Assembly (NCBI GenBank): GCA_035534595.1
Contig: DATLRR010000017.1
Span: 24,172-88,171 of the forward strand
Source of the DNA: Nitrososphaerales archaeon
GTDB taxonomy: Archaea > Thermoproteota > Nitrososphaeria > Nitrososphaerales > Gagatemarchaeaceae
DNA length: 64,000 nucleotides
Reading direction: 5' to 3'
In this document: positions 34,598 through 43,101 of the stretch, piece by piece
Layout of the letters: each line of letters starts with the position of its first letter
How positions within the stretch are numbered: position 1 is the first letter of the stretch
Made by a program: the position numbers and the translations under genes
The notes under the pieces: generated by a model
The model's database searches: none
What the model was told of the DNA's origin: nothing
What the model saw: the letters and a program-made list of their open reading frames with translations, nothing else

Positions 34598-34742
34598 CTA
34601 GACGCCATCGTCAAGAGCGCCAGCACGAAGAAGGTCGGCAACGGGAAGATATTCGTCCATACGATAGAGGGCGATAGACATCAGCACGGGCGAGGCCGAC
34701 GACCATACCCTCAATCCCGCGCGCGCGACCAAGAAATCCTAG
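34598..34742 (+). pseudogene. remnant of a P-II (GlnB/GlnK) signal-protein C-terminus, frameshifted
   Basis: LDAIVKSASTKKVGNGKIFVHTIEG is followed, after one extra nt near 34672, by IDISTGEADDHTL.... This matches the P-II pattern ...TG.IGDGKIFV..v...IRIRTGE.... No N-terminal two-thirds is present. Confidence 0.5.
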
Positions 34743-34750
34743 CTAGCTGG

Positions 34751-35572
34751 TCACGTCGAAAGCCCGACGATCTTAGACGTCTCATCCCACAGTTCGAGCG
34801 CCTTCTTCTCGTCATAGGATTCTTCCGAGGACTTCTTCTCCTTCTCGTTCTCGAAGTATTTTCCGGAGGCGCTCTCGACATCGGGCGAGGATGCGAGGTA
34901 GATGGAGGTCTGCGCACCCTCCTTCGCGCTCTTCAAGAACGGCCTTGTCAGCGCAGCAGGGATCCGCCAGATGTTGGTGGCCACGCCGCCCGGGTGCAGG
35001 CAGTTGGCCGTCACGCCCGTCCCCTGGAGCCTCCGGGCGAGCTCGTAGGTGAACATCACCAGCGCCAGCTTTGAGTTCGAGTACGCGCCCCACCCCGTGA
35101 CGCCGCCGCCCCTTCTGATCGCGTCGAAGTCGATGTGCCCGCTGAAGTGCGCCACAGAGGAGACGTTGACGATGCGGGAGGGTGCGCTGGCCTTCAGGAG
35201 CTCAAGCAGGAGGTTCGTCAGGAGGAAGGGGGCGAGATAGTCCACCGCGAAGGTAGTCTCGAACCCGTCCGGCGTCTTGCCAGAGAAGCTGAAGAGCCCC
35301 GCGTTGTTCACCAACACGTGGAGCTTGCCATACCGGTTCCTTACCTCGGCGGCGAGCGTCCTGACCTCTGCGAGGGAGGACAGGTCGCAGAGAAGCAGGT
35401 CTACGGACTCGTTTCCCGACTCCTTCGAGATCTCTCGCCTGGCAGCGTCACCCTTCCCCTTGTCGCGACAGACCATCACCACGTTCGCCTTCATCCGCGC
35501 CAGCGCAAGGGCGGTCTCCCTGCCCAGCCCGGAGTTCGCCCCGGTGACGAGGCAGGTCTTCCCCTCTAGCAT
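34751..35572 (-). CDS. short-chain dehydrogenase/reductase (SDR)
   Basis: TGANSGLG cofactor motif, NNAG, and an S...YSNSK catalytic pattern. Confidence 0.85.
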   Translation of the reverse strand: MLEGKTCLVTGANSGLGRETALALARMKANVVMVCRDKGKGDAARREISKESGNESVDLLLCDLSSLAEVRTLAAEVRNRYGKLHVLVNNAGLFSFSGKTPDGFETTFAVDYLAPFLLTNLLLELLKASAPSRIVNVSSVAHFSGHIDFDAIRRGGGVTGWGAYSNSKLALVMFTYELARRLQGTGVTANCLHPGGVATNIWRIPAALTRPFLKSAKEGAQTSIYLASSPDVESASGKYFENEKEKKSSEESYDEKKALELWDETSKIVGLST

Positions 35573-35642
35573 AGAGACCGCGCTTAGGCCTTCCTCCCTT
35601 TAAGGGAAATGCTGGGGCTAGACGATTCGGCGATTTTGACTG

Positions 35643-36065
35643 TCAGGCGCCCGGCTTCCACACGATCGCCAAGACGCCTCCTACGACACCCAGGATCGAT
35701 CCAAAGAAGAACCCTCCCATGCCGAAGAGGCTCGCTATCGAGAAGGCGAAAACGATCGCTCCCCAGGTCGATGCCTTAGTCGGCTGGTTGTAAATCATAA
35801 CTGCGCCGACGAGGATGACGATCCCCGAGACTACGCCCAAGGCGGCCAGCCCGTAGAACCAACCTCCTCCGAAGCCGAATCCTCGCATCATCCCGTAGTA
35901 CCCGCCCGTCAAGCCGCCGTAGTAGTATCCTCCCATCATTCCGCCGTACTGCGGCAGGCCCGAGGAGAAGCTCGTCACCAGGGCGCCACCGGCAAGAACC
36001 AGCAATCCGGCTATGAGTGAAAGAACGAAGGAGGCAACGGGCCCCTCACCGCTCGGGGTGGCCAT
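35643..36065 (-). CDS. hypothetical membrane protein with Gly/Tyr-rich loop
   Basis: Four hydrophobic helices and a GGMMGGYYYGGLTGGYYGMMRGFGFGGG loop. Confidence 0.65.
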   Translation of the reverse strand: MATPSGEGPVASFVLSLIAGLLVLAGGALVTSFSSGLPQYGGMMGGYYYGGLTGGYYGMMRGFGFGGGWFYGLAALGVVSGIVILVGAVMIYNQPTKASTWGAIVFAFSIASLFGMGGFFFGSILGVVGGVLAIVWKPGA

Positions 36066-36169
36066 CGGTTATCTAGACTCCTGACGGCGTTGTCTGGTTC
36101 CCCTCTCATAAGTGAGGGATACGATTTCCAAGGATGAGAACAGCACCGCCAGCAGGCCAGGCGCAAGGT

Positions 36170-36325
36170 CTACTTGGAGTGGCCGTATCTGTGCGGGTCC
36201 TTGTCGAAGCTGGCCTTGCACGCTGCAGAGCAGAAGTAGAAGGTCTTGCCGTCGTGCTCAGACACGAGCTTTGTTTTCTTCTCGTCCACCGTCATTCCGC
36301 ACACCGGGTCTTTCATCATTGCCAT
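36170..36325 (-). CDS. TRASH/YHS-domain metallochaperone-like peptide (CopM/CopT-like)
   Basis: My translation is MAMMKDPVCGMTVDEKKTKLVSEHDGKTFYFCSAACKASFDKDPHRYGHSK (51 aa, below the track cut-off). Confidence 0.75.
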   Translation of the reverse strand: MAMMKDPVCGMTVDEKKTKLVSEHDGKTFYFCSAACKASFDKDPHRYGHSK

Positions 36326-36366
36326 CTCAGCGGTAAGTTACCACAGTCCCCTATATCAAAACTATC

Positions 36367-36382
36367 CTTTACAAACGTAAAG
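36367..36382. promoter_or_regulatory. palindrome CTTTAC-AAAC-GTAAAG in the divergent copM/copR promoter (candidate operator)
   Basis: Perfect 6-4-6 inverted repeat next to the TATA-like CCTATATCAAAAC. Confidence 0.3.
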
Positions 36383-36413
36383 TCTTTAAGCCTGCGGCGC
36401 CGTCGGCCAATCC

Positions 36414-37043
36414 TTGAACCCTGACGAAATCGATGCAAGGATCCTCGAGGCTCTCATGGACGACGGGAGAGCGTCCCTTAGGCAGATTGCGAGGATGACC
36501 TCCCTGACCACTCCGACGGTCTCCGCGCGGATGGCCAGAATGCTAAAGGCCGGGATGATTAAGAAGTTCGTGCCGATACTCTCACCCGACTCCCTCAGCC
36601 GCAGAATCTCTGCCATGATATCGTTGAAGGTAACCTCGTCGTCGGCAGACAAGCTCGCGAGCGACCTCTCAAAGCTCCCTGAGGTGGAGAACCTCTACAT
36701 CACGACAGGGCAAGGGATCACCCTGAAGGTCGCTCTCGAAGACGTCGGCGGTCTTCATGCCTTCCTCCGTCGGAGCGCGCTTGCGAGGCCTGGCGTGAGC
36801 GTGGCGTCGAGTCAGATCATAACCAGCGTCGTCAAGGAGGAGCCCGCGCCCTTTTCGCCCGCCGCGCTCAAAATGAACCTGAAGTGCGACTACTGTCACG
36901 AGGACGTGGCTCGAGCAAGGCCTTACATCGTAGCCGCGGGGTCTTCGCGCTACTACTTCTGCTGCAAGACGTGCAAGGCGGCCTACCTTGACAAGTACGG
37001 CTCGAGGCTCACGAAGGCAACAAAACAAGGCTTACAATCGTAA
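36414..37043 (+). CDS. Lrp/AsnC-type HTH regulator with C-terminal TRASH domain (copper-responsive CopR-like)
   Basis: The N-terminal DARILEALMDDGRASLRQIARMTSLTTPTVSARM is followed by the C-terminal CDYCHEDV...YYFCCKTCKAAY. Confidence 0.8.
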   Translation: MNPDEIDARILEALMDDGRASLRQIARMTSLTTPTVSARMARMLKAGMIKKFVPILSPDSLSRRISAMISLKVTSSSADKLASDLSKLPEVENLYITTGQGITLKVALEDVGGLHAFLRRSALARPGVSVASSQIITSVVKEEPAPFSPAALKMNLKCDYCHEDVARARPYIVAAGSSRYYFCCKTCKAAYLDKYGSRLTKATKQGLQS

Positions 37044-37109
37044 AGGTGACAGTTTAAGGCAGGCTAGAGAGCCTATTCACCAGCGGCATAGAGCCAATCG
37101 ACCAGGAGC

Positions 37110-39203
37110 GTGAGAACAATCGCAAAGGATCCTGTCTGTGGGATGTTCGTCGACGAGTCCACAGCGGAGCTGAAGGCCCAGGTCAGGGGAGTCACCTACT
37201 ACTTCTGCAGCGAGTCGTGCAAGCGGGAGTTTCTGGCTCCGGAGAAGGAGCTGAAGAAGCTGAAGTGGGAGGTGCTGGCTTCGGCTCTCCTTTCGCTTCC
37301 GATACTGCTCGTCACGTACGTCTCGATATTGCCCGCCCAGGCTTCCCACTACGCCCTCTTCGCGCTGGACACGCCCATCCAGTTCGTCGTGGGGTGGCGC
37401 TTCTACAAGGGGACGTACGACAGCATCAAGAACATGATGGGAAACATGGACGTGCTCATCGCGCTGGGGACCTCCGCGGCGTGGGCCTACTCGGTGGCGG
37501 TCACCTTCGCTCCAGGCATCTTCCCCTTCTCAGGCGTCTATTTCGACACCTCCGCCATCATTATCACGCTGATCCTTGGGGGACGGTTCCTCGAGCACGT
37601 GACGAAGAGCAGGGCATCAGCCGCGGTTAGGAGGCTCGCCGACCTTCAGCCGACCATCGCTCACAGGATTGAGAGAAACGGCGCGGAGGTCGACGTCCCC
37701 ATAGAGCAGGTCCAGGTGGGAGACATCCTGGTGGTCAGGCCGGGCGAGAAGATACCCGTGGACGCGGTAATAGTGGAGGGCCGGTCGGCCATCGACGAGT
37801 CCATGATTACGGGCGAGAGCATCCCCGCCGAGAAGTCGCCGGGGGACGAGGCGATCGGAGCGACGATCAACAAGTCTGGCCTCCTCAAGCTGATAGCGGA
37901 CAAGGTCGGCCAGGACACGGCCCTCTCCCAGATCGTCAGGCTCGTCGAGGAGGCGCAGGTCGGCAGGGCGCCCATCCAGCGCCTGGCGGACCGGATCGCG
38001 TCGTACTTCGTCCCCGTGGTCGTCGCGGCCGCCACGGTGGCCGGGCTGTCGTGGTACCTCTTCGGCCACATCGGCCTCGCATTCTCCGTGCTCGCCTTCG
38101 TCTCCGTGGTTGTGATATCGTGCCCGTGCGCACTTGGGGTCGCGACCCCAGCAGCGCTTCTCGTGGGCACCAGCAAGGGCGCGCAGAGCGGCGTGCTGAT
38201 CAAGGGTGGGGAGTACCTGGAAAGGGCGGCGAAGGTCGACACCGTGGTCTTCGACAAGACGGGCACCCTCACCGTGGGAAGTCCTTCGGTCACGGACGTC
38301 GTCCCGGTCAACGGCGTCAGTCCGGAGGAGCTGTTGCGGCTGGCCGCCTCGGTGGAGAAGGGCTCAGAGCACCCGCTTGGGGAGGCGATCGTCAACGAAG
38401 CGAATAGCCGCTCGATCGCTCTCTCTGACCCTCAAGACTTTCAGGCCATCGCCGGCCAGGGCGTCAAGGCGAGACTTGATGGCAGGTCGGTGCTGCTCGG
38501 GAACAGGCGGCTAATCACGGGGAGCGGGGTGGACCTCTCGCCCGCGGACCAGGGCCTTAGGAGGCTGGAGGAAGAAGGGAAGACCGTCATGACCCTCGCT
38601 CTGGACGGCAAGGTCGTAGGAATGGTCGCGGTCGCTGACACAGTGAAGCCCTCGGCGAAGGCGACGGTGGACGCCCTCAAGAGGATGGGGGTCCACGTGG
38701 TCATGCTGACAGGGGACAACTCCCGGACGGCAGCTGCGATAGCGAAGGAGATAGGCATCGAGAGGTTCGTCGCTGAGGTCCTTCCACAGCAGAAGGAGGA
38801 GACCATAGAGTCCCTGCAGAGGGAAGGGAGGGTGGTGGCGATGGTAGGAGACGGCATAAACGATGCGCCGGCCCTGGCAAGGGCTGACGTCGGGATAGCG
38901 ATAGGCAGCGGGACGGACATCGCGAAGGAGGCGGGCGGGATCGTGCTGATCAAGGACGACCTCCTCAACGTGGCGACCGCGATCAGGCTCAGCAGGAAGA
39001 CCCTCTCGAAGATCAAGCAGAACCTGTTCTGGGCGTTCGCCTACAACGTGGTCCTGATCCCAGTAGCCGCGGGGGCGCTTGTGCCTGTCTTCGGGGCGCA
39101 GGTCTACAACACCCTTCCGTTCCTCGCAGCCGGCGCGATGGCCATCAGCTCTGTCACCGTGATAAGCAACTCTCTGCTCCTGTTCAGATTCAAGCCATCT
39201 TGA
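37110..39203 (+). CDS. copA: copper-translocating P1B-type ATPase with N-terminal TRASH/YHS domain
   Basis: DPVCGMFVDES...YYFCSESCKREF, CPC (SCPCALG), DKTGTLT, GDGINDAP. Confidence 0.9.
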   Translation: MRTIAKDPVCGMFVDESTAELKAQVRGVTYYFCSESCKREFLAPEKELKKLKWEVLASALLSLPILLVTYVSILPAQASHYALFALDTPIQFVVGWRFYKGTYDSIKNMMGNMDVLIALGTSAAWAYSVAVTFAPGIFPFSGVYFDTSAIIITLILGGRFLEHVTKSRASAAVRRLADLQPTIAHRIERNGAEVDVPIEQVQVGDILVVRPGEKIPVDAVIVEGRSAIDESMITGESIPAEKSPGDEAIGATINKSGLLKLIADKVGQDTALSQIVRLVEEAQVGRAPIQRLADRIASYFVPVVVAAATVAGLSWYLFGHIGLAFSVLAFVSVVVISCPCALGVATPAALLVGTSKGAQSGVLIKGGEYLERAAKVDTVVFDKTGTLTVGSPSVTDVVPVNGVSPEELLRLAASVEKGSEHPLGEAIVNEANSRSIALSDPQDFQAIAGQGVKARLDGRSVLLGNRRLITGSGVDLSPADQGLRRLEEEGKTVMTLALDGKVVGMVAVADTVKPSAKATVDALKRMGVHVVMLTGDNSRTAAAIAKEIGIERFVAEVLPQQKEETIESLQREGRVVAMVGDGINDAPALARADVGIAIGSGTDIAKEAGGIVLIKDDLLNVATAIRLSRKTLSKIKQNLFWAFAYNVVLIPVAAGALVPVFGAQVYNTLPFLAAGAMAISSVTVISNSLLLFRFKPS

Positions 39204-39292
39204 GTCCAGGAAAGAGCACGGCGCCTTCACAGTTCTTGGGGCAAGGACCCTGACGCGAGGCCTTAAGTAACGAGAGCGCCCGCGGAGAGCCC

Positions 39293-39763
39293 ATGGCCAA
39301 GGGAAAGGACTCAGGAGCAGCCGACGCCGGATCCGCCTCGTCGTCTGCGAGGGCAGAGATAGTCAGAGCGCTCAACGAAGACCTGGCGAGGGAATACAAG
39401 GCGATCATCCAATACGTGGTGTTTAGCGTCTCCCTGAAAGGCGCCGAGTACAGCGACATTGCCGACCAGCTGAAGAAGCACGCAGCGCAGGAGCTCGCGC
39501 ACGCCCTAGAGGTGGCCAGGCAGATCGACTATCTTGGAGGGGACCCCACCGTGAAGGGCAAACCCGCCGAGTATTCGACCGACTCCAAGAAGATGTTGGA
39601 GATCGACCTAAGAGGCGAGCAGGAGACCATCAAGAACTACAGGCAGAGAATCCGGCAGGCGGAGGCGGCGGGAGAATATGCGCTTTCCGAAGCCCTCAGG
39701 GACATCATCGCGGAGGAACAAGACCACGAGATCGACCTGAAGGATGCCCTCGGCCTAAGATGA
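39293..39763 (+). CDS. ferritin-like (bacterioferritin/Dps-like) diiron protein
   Basis: LNEDLAREYKAIIQY..., AAQELAHALEVA and IIAEEQDHEIDL (ExxH pairs). Confidence 0.75.
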   Translation: MAKGKDSGAADAGSASSSARAEIVRALNEDLAREYKAIIQYVVFSVSLKGAEYSDIADQLKKHAAQELAHALEVARQIDYLGGDPTVKGKPAEYSTDSKKMLEIDLRGEQETIKNYRQRIRQAEAAGEYALSEALRDIIAEEQDHEIDLKDALGLR

Positions 39764-39792
39764 AGGTCTGTAAACCATCCTGACCCTGGAGC

Positions 39793-40419
39793 TCAGGGAG
39801 ATTCGCGACGGGATCTTCTCCGTCTTGATGCGTTGACACCCGGCCCGCTCGATGGGCTGGAGCCGTCGAGCACCTCCTGAGACTCGATCTGCGCGAGCGA
39901 TCTCTTGGACACAGCGGAGAAGTCATAGTCCTTCGCGTCGTATCCCGGCTGCGAGTGCTCGTCGCGGTGCTTGATGAGCAGCCACGACTCCTTCCCGCCG
40001 AACCCCCTGGTGCGGACGAGCGCGAAGGAGCCTCGTAGCTTCTTCCCGTACAGCCTGAACTTCAGGTTCCCCTCCTCGAGGCCCCTCTTGGCGACCTCCT
40101 CGACCTCGTCCTTGTCGACGACCTCCCTCCTCACACCCTTGCTCACCTCGACCTCGGGGTTGTAGGTCCCTTCGTCCCAGACCATGACCGGTCCAGCCCC
40201 ATACTCGCCCTTCAGAACGCCCTCGAAGTGCCGGTACTCCATCAGGTGGTCCGAGGTTGGCATCGCGAGGCGCTTGACTCCGCTGTCGAGCGACGGTCCC
40301 TTGGGGACCGACCAGGACGGCATCACCCCTCCGATCTCGAGGCGGAGGTCGTAGTGGAGCGACGTCGCCTTGTGCTTCTGGACGACGAACGCCAGCTGCC
40401 CCCCACTCGTCTTCTTCAT
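39793..40419 (-). CDS. stand-alone LigD-type 3'-phosphoesterase (PE) domain protein
   Basis: FVVQKHKATSLHYDLRLE...SWSVPKGPS...HLMEYRHFEG...LRGSFALVRT. ATG 40419. Confidence 0.8.
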   Translation of the reverse strand: MKKTSGGQLAFVVQKHKATSLHYDLRLEIGGVMPSWSVPKGPSLDSGVKRLAMPTSDHLMEYRHFEGVLKGEYGAGPVMVWDEGTYNPEVEVSKGVRREVVDKDEVEEVAKRGLEEGNLKFRLYGKKLRGSFALVRTRGFGGKESWLLIKHRDEHSQPGYDAKDYDFSAVSKRSLAQIESQEVLDGSSPSSGPGVNASRRRRSRRESP

Positions 40420-40451
40420 CCCGACGCAGTACGGCGCAACCACTCGCACTG

Positions 40452-40459
40452 TTTTTATC
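40452..40459. promoter_or_regulatory. AT-rich TATA-like element shared by the divergent PE-domain and CDC48 genes
   Basis: TTTTTATC lies about 24 nt upstream of the CDC48 ATG (40483), suggesting a leaderless or short-leader mRNA, and about 35 nt from ATG 40419 on the other strand. Confidence 0.35.
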
Positions 40460-40482
40460 TTTCCGATTAGCCCTCGACCCTC

Positions 40483-42651
40483 ATGGAGAAGGACACTCGC
40501 CTACGGGTGGCCGAGACCAGCTCGACGCTCGTCGGACGCGGCCTAGCGGCCATAGACCCGAAGGTGATGGAGAGCCTCGGATTGTCCCCCGGGGACGTCA
40601 TCGAGGTCACAGGCAAGGGCAAGAAGAGCCACGCGGTGGTGTGGACCGGTTACCCCGAGGACTACGGCAGGGGGCTGGTCCGCATCGACGGCTACACCAG
40701 GAACAACCTCGGGGTCGGAATCGACGACACGGTGTCAATCGCGCCCGCGGACGCCAAGGAGGCGCAGGAGGTCGTCCTCGCCCCTACCGAGCAGCTGAGC
40801 GTCGAAGGGCTGGAAGAGGCGTTCCCCGAGCTCCTGGAGAACCGAGTGATGACCAAGGGAGACTCCCTCCCGTTCAGTATAATGGGGGTGGGGAAGAAGA
40901 TCGACTTTGTCGTCGATTCGACCTCGCCTTCAGGCCCGGTCGTGGTCACCCTCGAGACCACGTTCAGGCTCGGGACGATGCACAAGCCCCTGAACACGGG
41001 CGTCCCGCGCATCACCTACGAGGACCTCGGCGGACTGACTAAGGAGATCCAGAAGATCCGCGAGATGATCGAGCTCCCGCTGAGGCATCCGGAGATCTTC
41101 GAGCGCGTGGGGATAGAGGCGCCCAAGGGCGTTCTGCTCTACGGCCCGCCCGGGACGGGCAAGACCCTCTTGGCAAAGGCTGTCGCGAACGAGACCAACT
41201 CCAACTTCTATTCCATCGCAGGTCCCGAGATCATGGGCAAACATTACGGGGAGAGCGAGGAGAGGCTCAGGGGGATCTTCAAGGAGGCGCAGGAGCACGC
41301 CCCCAGCATTATATTCATCGACGAGATAGACTCGATCGCCCCGAAGAGGGAGGAGGTCTCAGGAGAGCTCGAGAAGAGGATCGTCTCTCAGCTCCTCACC
41401 CTGATGGACGGGCTCGAGTCGCGCGGCAAGGTCGTCGTGATTGCCGCGACCAACCGGCCCGACGCCCTCGACCCCGCGCTTAGGCGCCCAGGAAGGTTCG
41501 ACAGGGAGATAGAGATAGGGATACCCGACGTGAAGAGCCGCCTCGAGATCCTGCAGATCCACACGAGGGGGATGCCCATGGAGTCAGACGTAAAACTCGA
41601 GGAGATGGCGAGGGTCACCCATGGCTTCGTGGGGGCCGACCTCCAGGCGCTCGCCAGGGAGGCTGCGATCCTCGCGGTGAGGAGGGTCATCCCGGAGATA
41701 AGCATGGACGAGACCAAGGTCCCCGCGAAGACGCTCAACAAGATCAAGGTGAAGATGCAGGACTTCCAGGACGCGCTTCGGGACGTCCAACCCTCGGCGA
41801 TGAGGGAGGTGCTCGTGCAGGCCCCGAACGTGAAGTGGGAAGACATCGGCGGCCTGGCCTCCGTGAAGGAGGAGCTGACGGAGGCGGTCGAGTGGCCCCT
41901 CAAGTACGGCAAGCTCTTCTCGAAGGGAGACGTCAAGCCCCCGAAGGGTATTCTGCTCTACGGTCCCCCGGGGACCGGGAAGACCTTGATCGCAAAGGCC
42001 GTGGCGAACGAGAGCGAGGCGAACTTCATCAGCATCAAGGGGCCCGAGCTGATCTCAAAGTGGGTGGGCGAGTCCGAGAAGGGGGTGAGGGAGGTCTTCA
42101 GGAAGGCCCGCGCCGCTGCCCCATGCGTGATCTTCTTCGACGAGGTCGACGCGATAGCCCCGAGGAGAAAGTCCGGCGAGAGCGACAGCCAGGTCACCGA
42201 GCGCGTGGTCAGCCAACTCCTGACCGAGATGGACGGGCTGGAGGAGCTGAAGGGGGTGGTGGTTCTCGGTGCGACCAACAGGCCGGACATCATCGACGAA
42301 GCGCTGCTTAGGCCTGGCCGGTTCGACAAGCTCTTGCGCATCCCTCCTCCAGACAATGAGGGCAGGATAGAGATACTCAAGATACACACCAAGAAGAAGC
42401 CCCTGGCCAAGGACGTCGACATCGCGAAGCTCGCCGAGATGACCGAGGGCTACACCGGGGCGGAGCTCGCCGCAGCGGCGAACGCTGCCTCGCTCGCGGC
42501 CATCAAGAACTTCATCAAGGCCCACGGCAAGAGCGCGGAGGACGACCCGGCCGACCTCACGGTCACGATGCACGACTTTGAAGAGGCGATCACGGAGACG
42601 AAACGCAAGCCGTCCCCGGAGCCAGGCCGCGTACGACCTGAGTTGGGCTAG
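40483..42651 (+). CDS. cdc48: CDC48/VCP-like AAA+ ATPase (two AAA domains)
   Basis: N-domain LRVAET...GRGLAAIDP, and two GPPGTGKT with DEID/DEVD Walker B motifs. Confidence 0.9.
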   Translation: MEKDTRLRVAETSSTLVGRGLAAIDPKVMESLGLSPGDVIEVTGKGKKSHAVVWTGYPEDYGRGLVRIDGYTRNNLGVGIDDTVSIAPADAKEAQEVVLAPTEQLSVEGLEEAFPELLENRVMTKGDSLPFSIMGVGKKIDFVVDSTSPSGPVVVTLETTFRLGTMHKPLNTGVPRITYEDLGGLTKEIQKIREMIELPLRHPEIFERVGIEAPKGVLLYGPPGTGKTLLAKAVANETNSNFYSIAGPEIMGKHYGESEERLRGIFKEAQEHAPSIIFIDEIDSIAPKREEVSGELEKRIVSQLLTLMDGLESRGKVVVIAATNRPDALDPALRRPGRFDREIEIGIPDVKSRLEILQIHTRGMPMESDVKLEEMARVTHGFVGADLQALAREAAILAVRRVIPEISMDETKVPAKTLNKIKVKMQDFQDALRDVQPSAMREVLVQAPNVKWEDIGGLASVKEELTEAVEWPLKYGKLFSKGDVKPPKGILLYGPPGTGKTLIAKAVANESEANFISIKGPELISKWVGESEKGVREVFRKARAAAPCVIFFDEVDAIAPRRKSGESDSQVTERVVSQLLTEMDGLEELKGVVVLGATNRPDIIDEALLRPGRFDKLLRIPPPDNEGRIEILKIHTKKKPLAKDVDIAKLAEMTEGYTGAELAAAANAASLAAIKNFIKAHGKSAEDDPADLTVTMHDFEEAITETKRKPSPEPGRVRPELG

Positions 42652-42915
42652 TCAGCCAGAGGCTGGCCTTTGCTCCCCTTCGTTGAGGAAGCGCCTGATC
42701 CCCGTCCCGAACATCAGCATCATAAGCCAGAAACCTAGCATCAGGGCGCCCAGGGCGTAGCTGCTGTAGAGGTCTAGGGCGATAAGGCCTGCTACGATTA
42801 TCGTCGCCGCGACGAAGTTCGAAAGGCCCCAGAGCACGTTGGTCCGCGGGGACGACCTCTGCCCGAACGGGCTTCTGAAGACCTTCCCGGCGGCGCCGAA
42901 GGTGAAGTGCGGCAC
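42652..42915 (-). CDS. hypothetical small membrane protein downstream of the ABC permease (true start probably upstream, about 42972)
   Basis: The track ORF starts at GTG 42915, but the in-frame helix VELFLIWYFILGFLLGNG continues upstream behind a GGAGGG box with no canonical start. Confidence 0.6.
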   Translation of the reverse strand: MPHFTFGAAGKVFRSPFGQRSSPRTNVLWGLSNFVAATIIVAGLIALDLYSSYALGALMLGFWLMMLMFGTGIRRFLNEGEQRPASG

Positions 42916-43101
42916 GCCGTTGCCCAGCAGGAACCCGAGGATGAAATACCATATGAGGAACAGCTCGACCGTGGCTAGCTTCCCTCCTTCTCCCGTGCCG
43001 AGCCGGGCGCGGCCGTCGATTCCTGCCCCGCGGTCAAACCGAGGAGAAGGGGCACGTCTCCCTTATCTGGATTGCGCCCCGCCCGAGCCTCGCGGCGTGC
43101 C

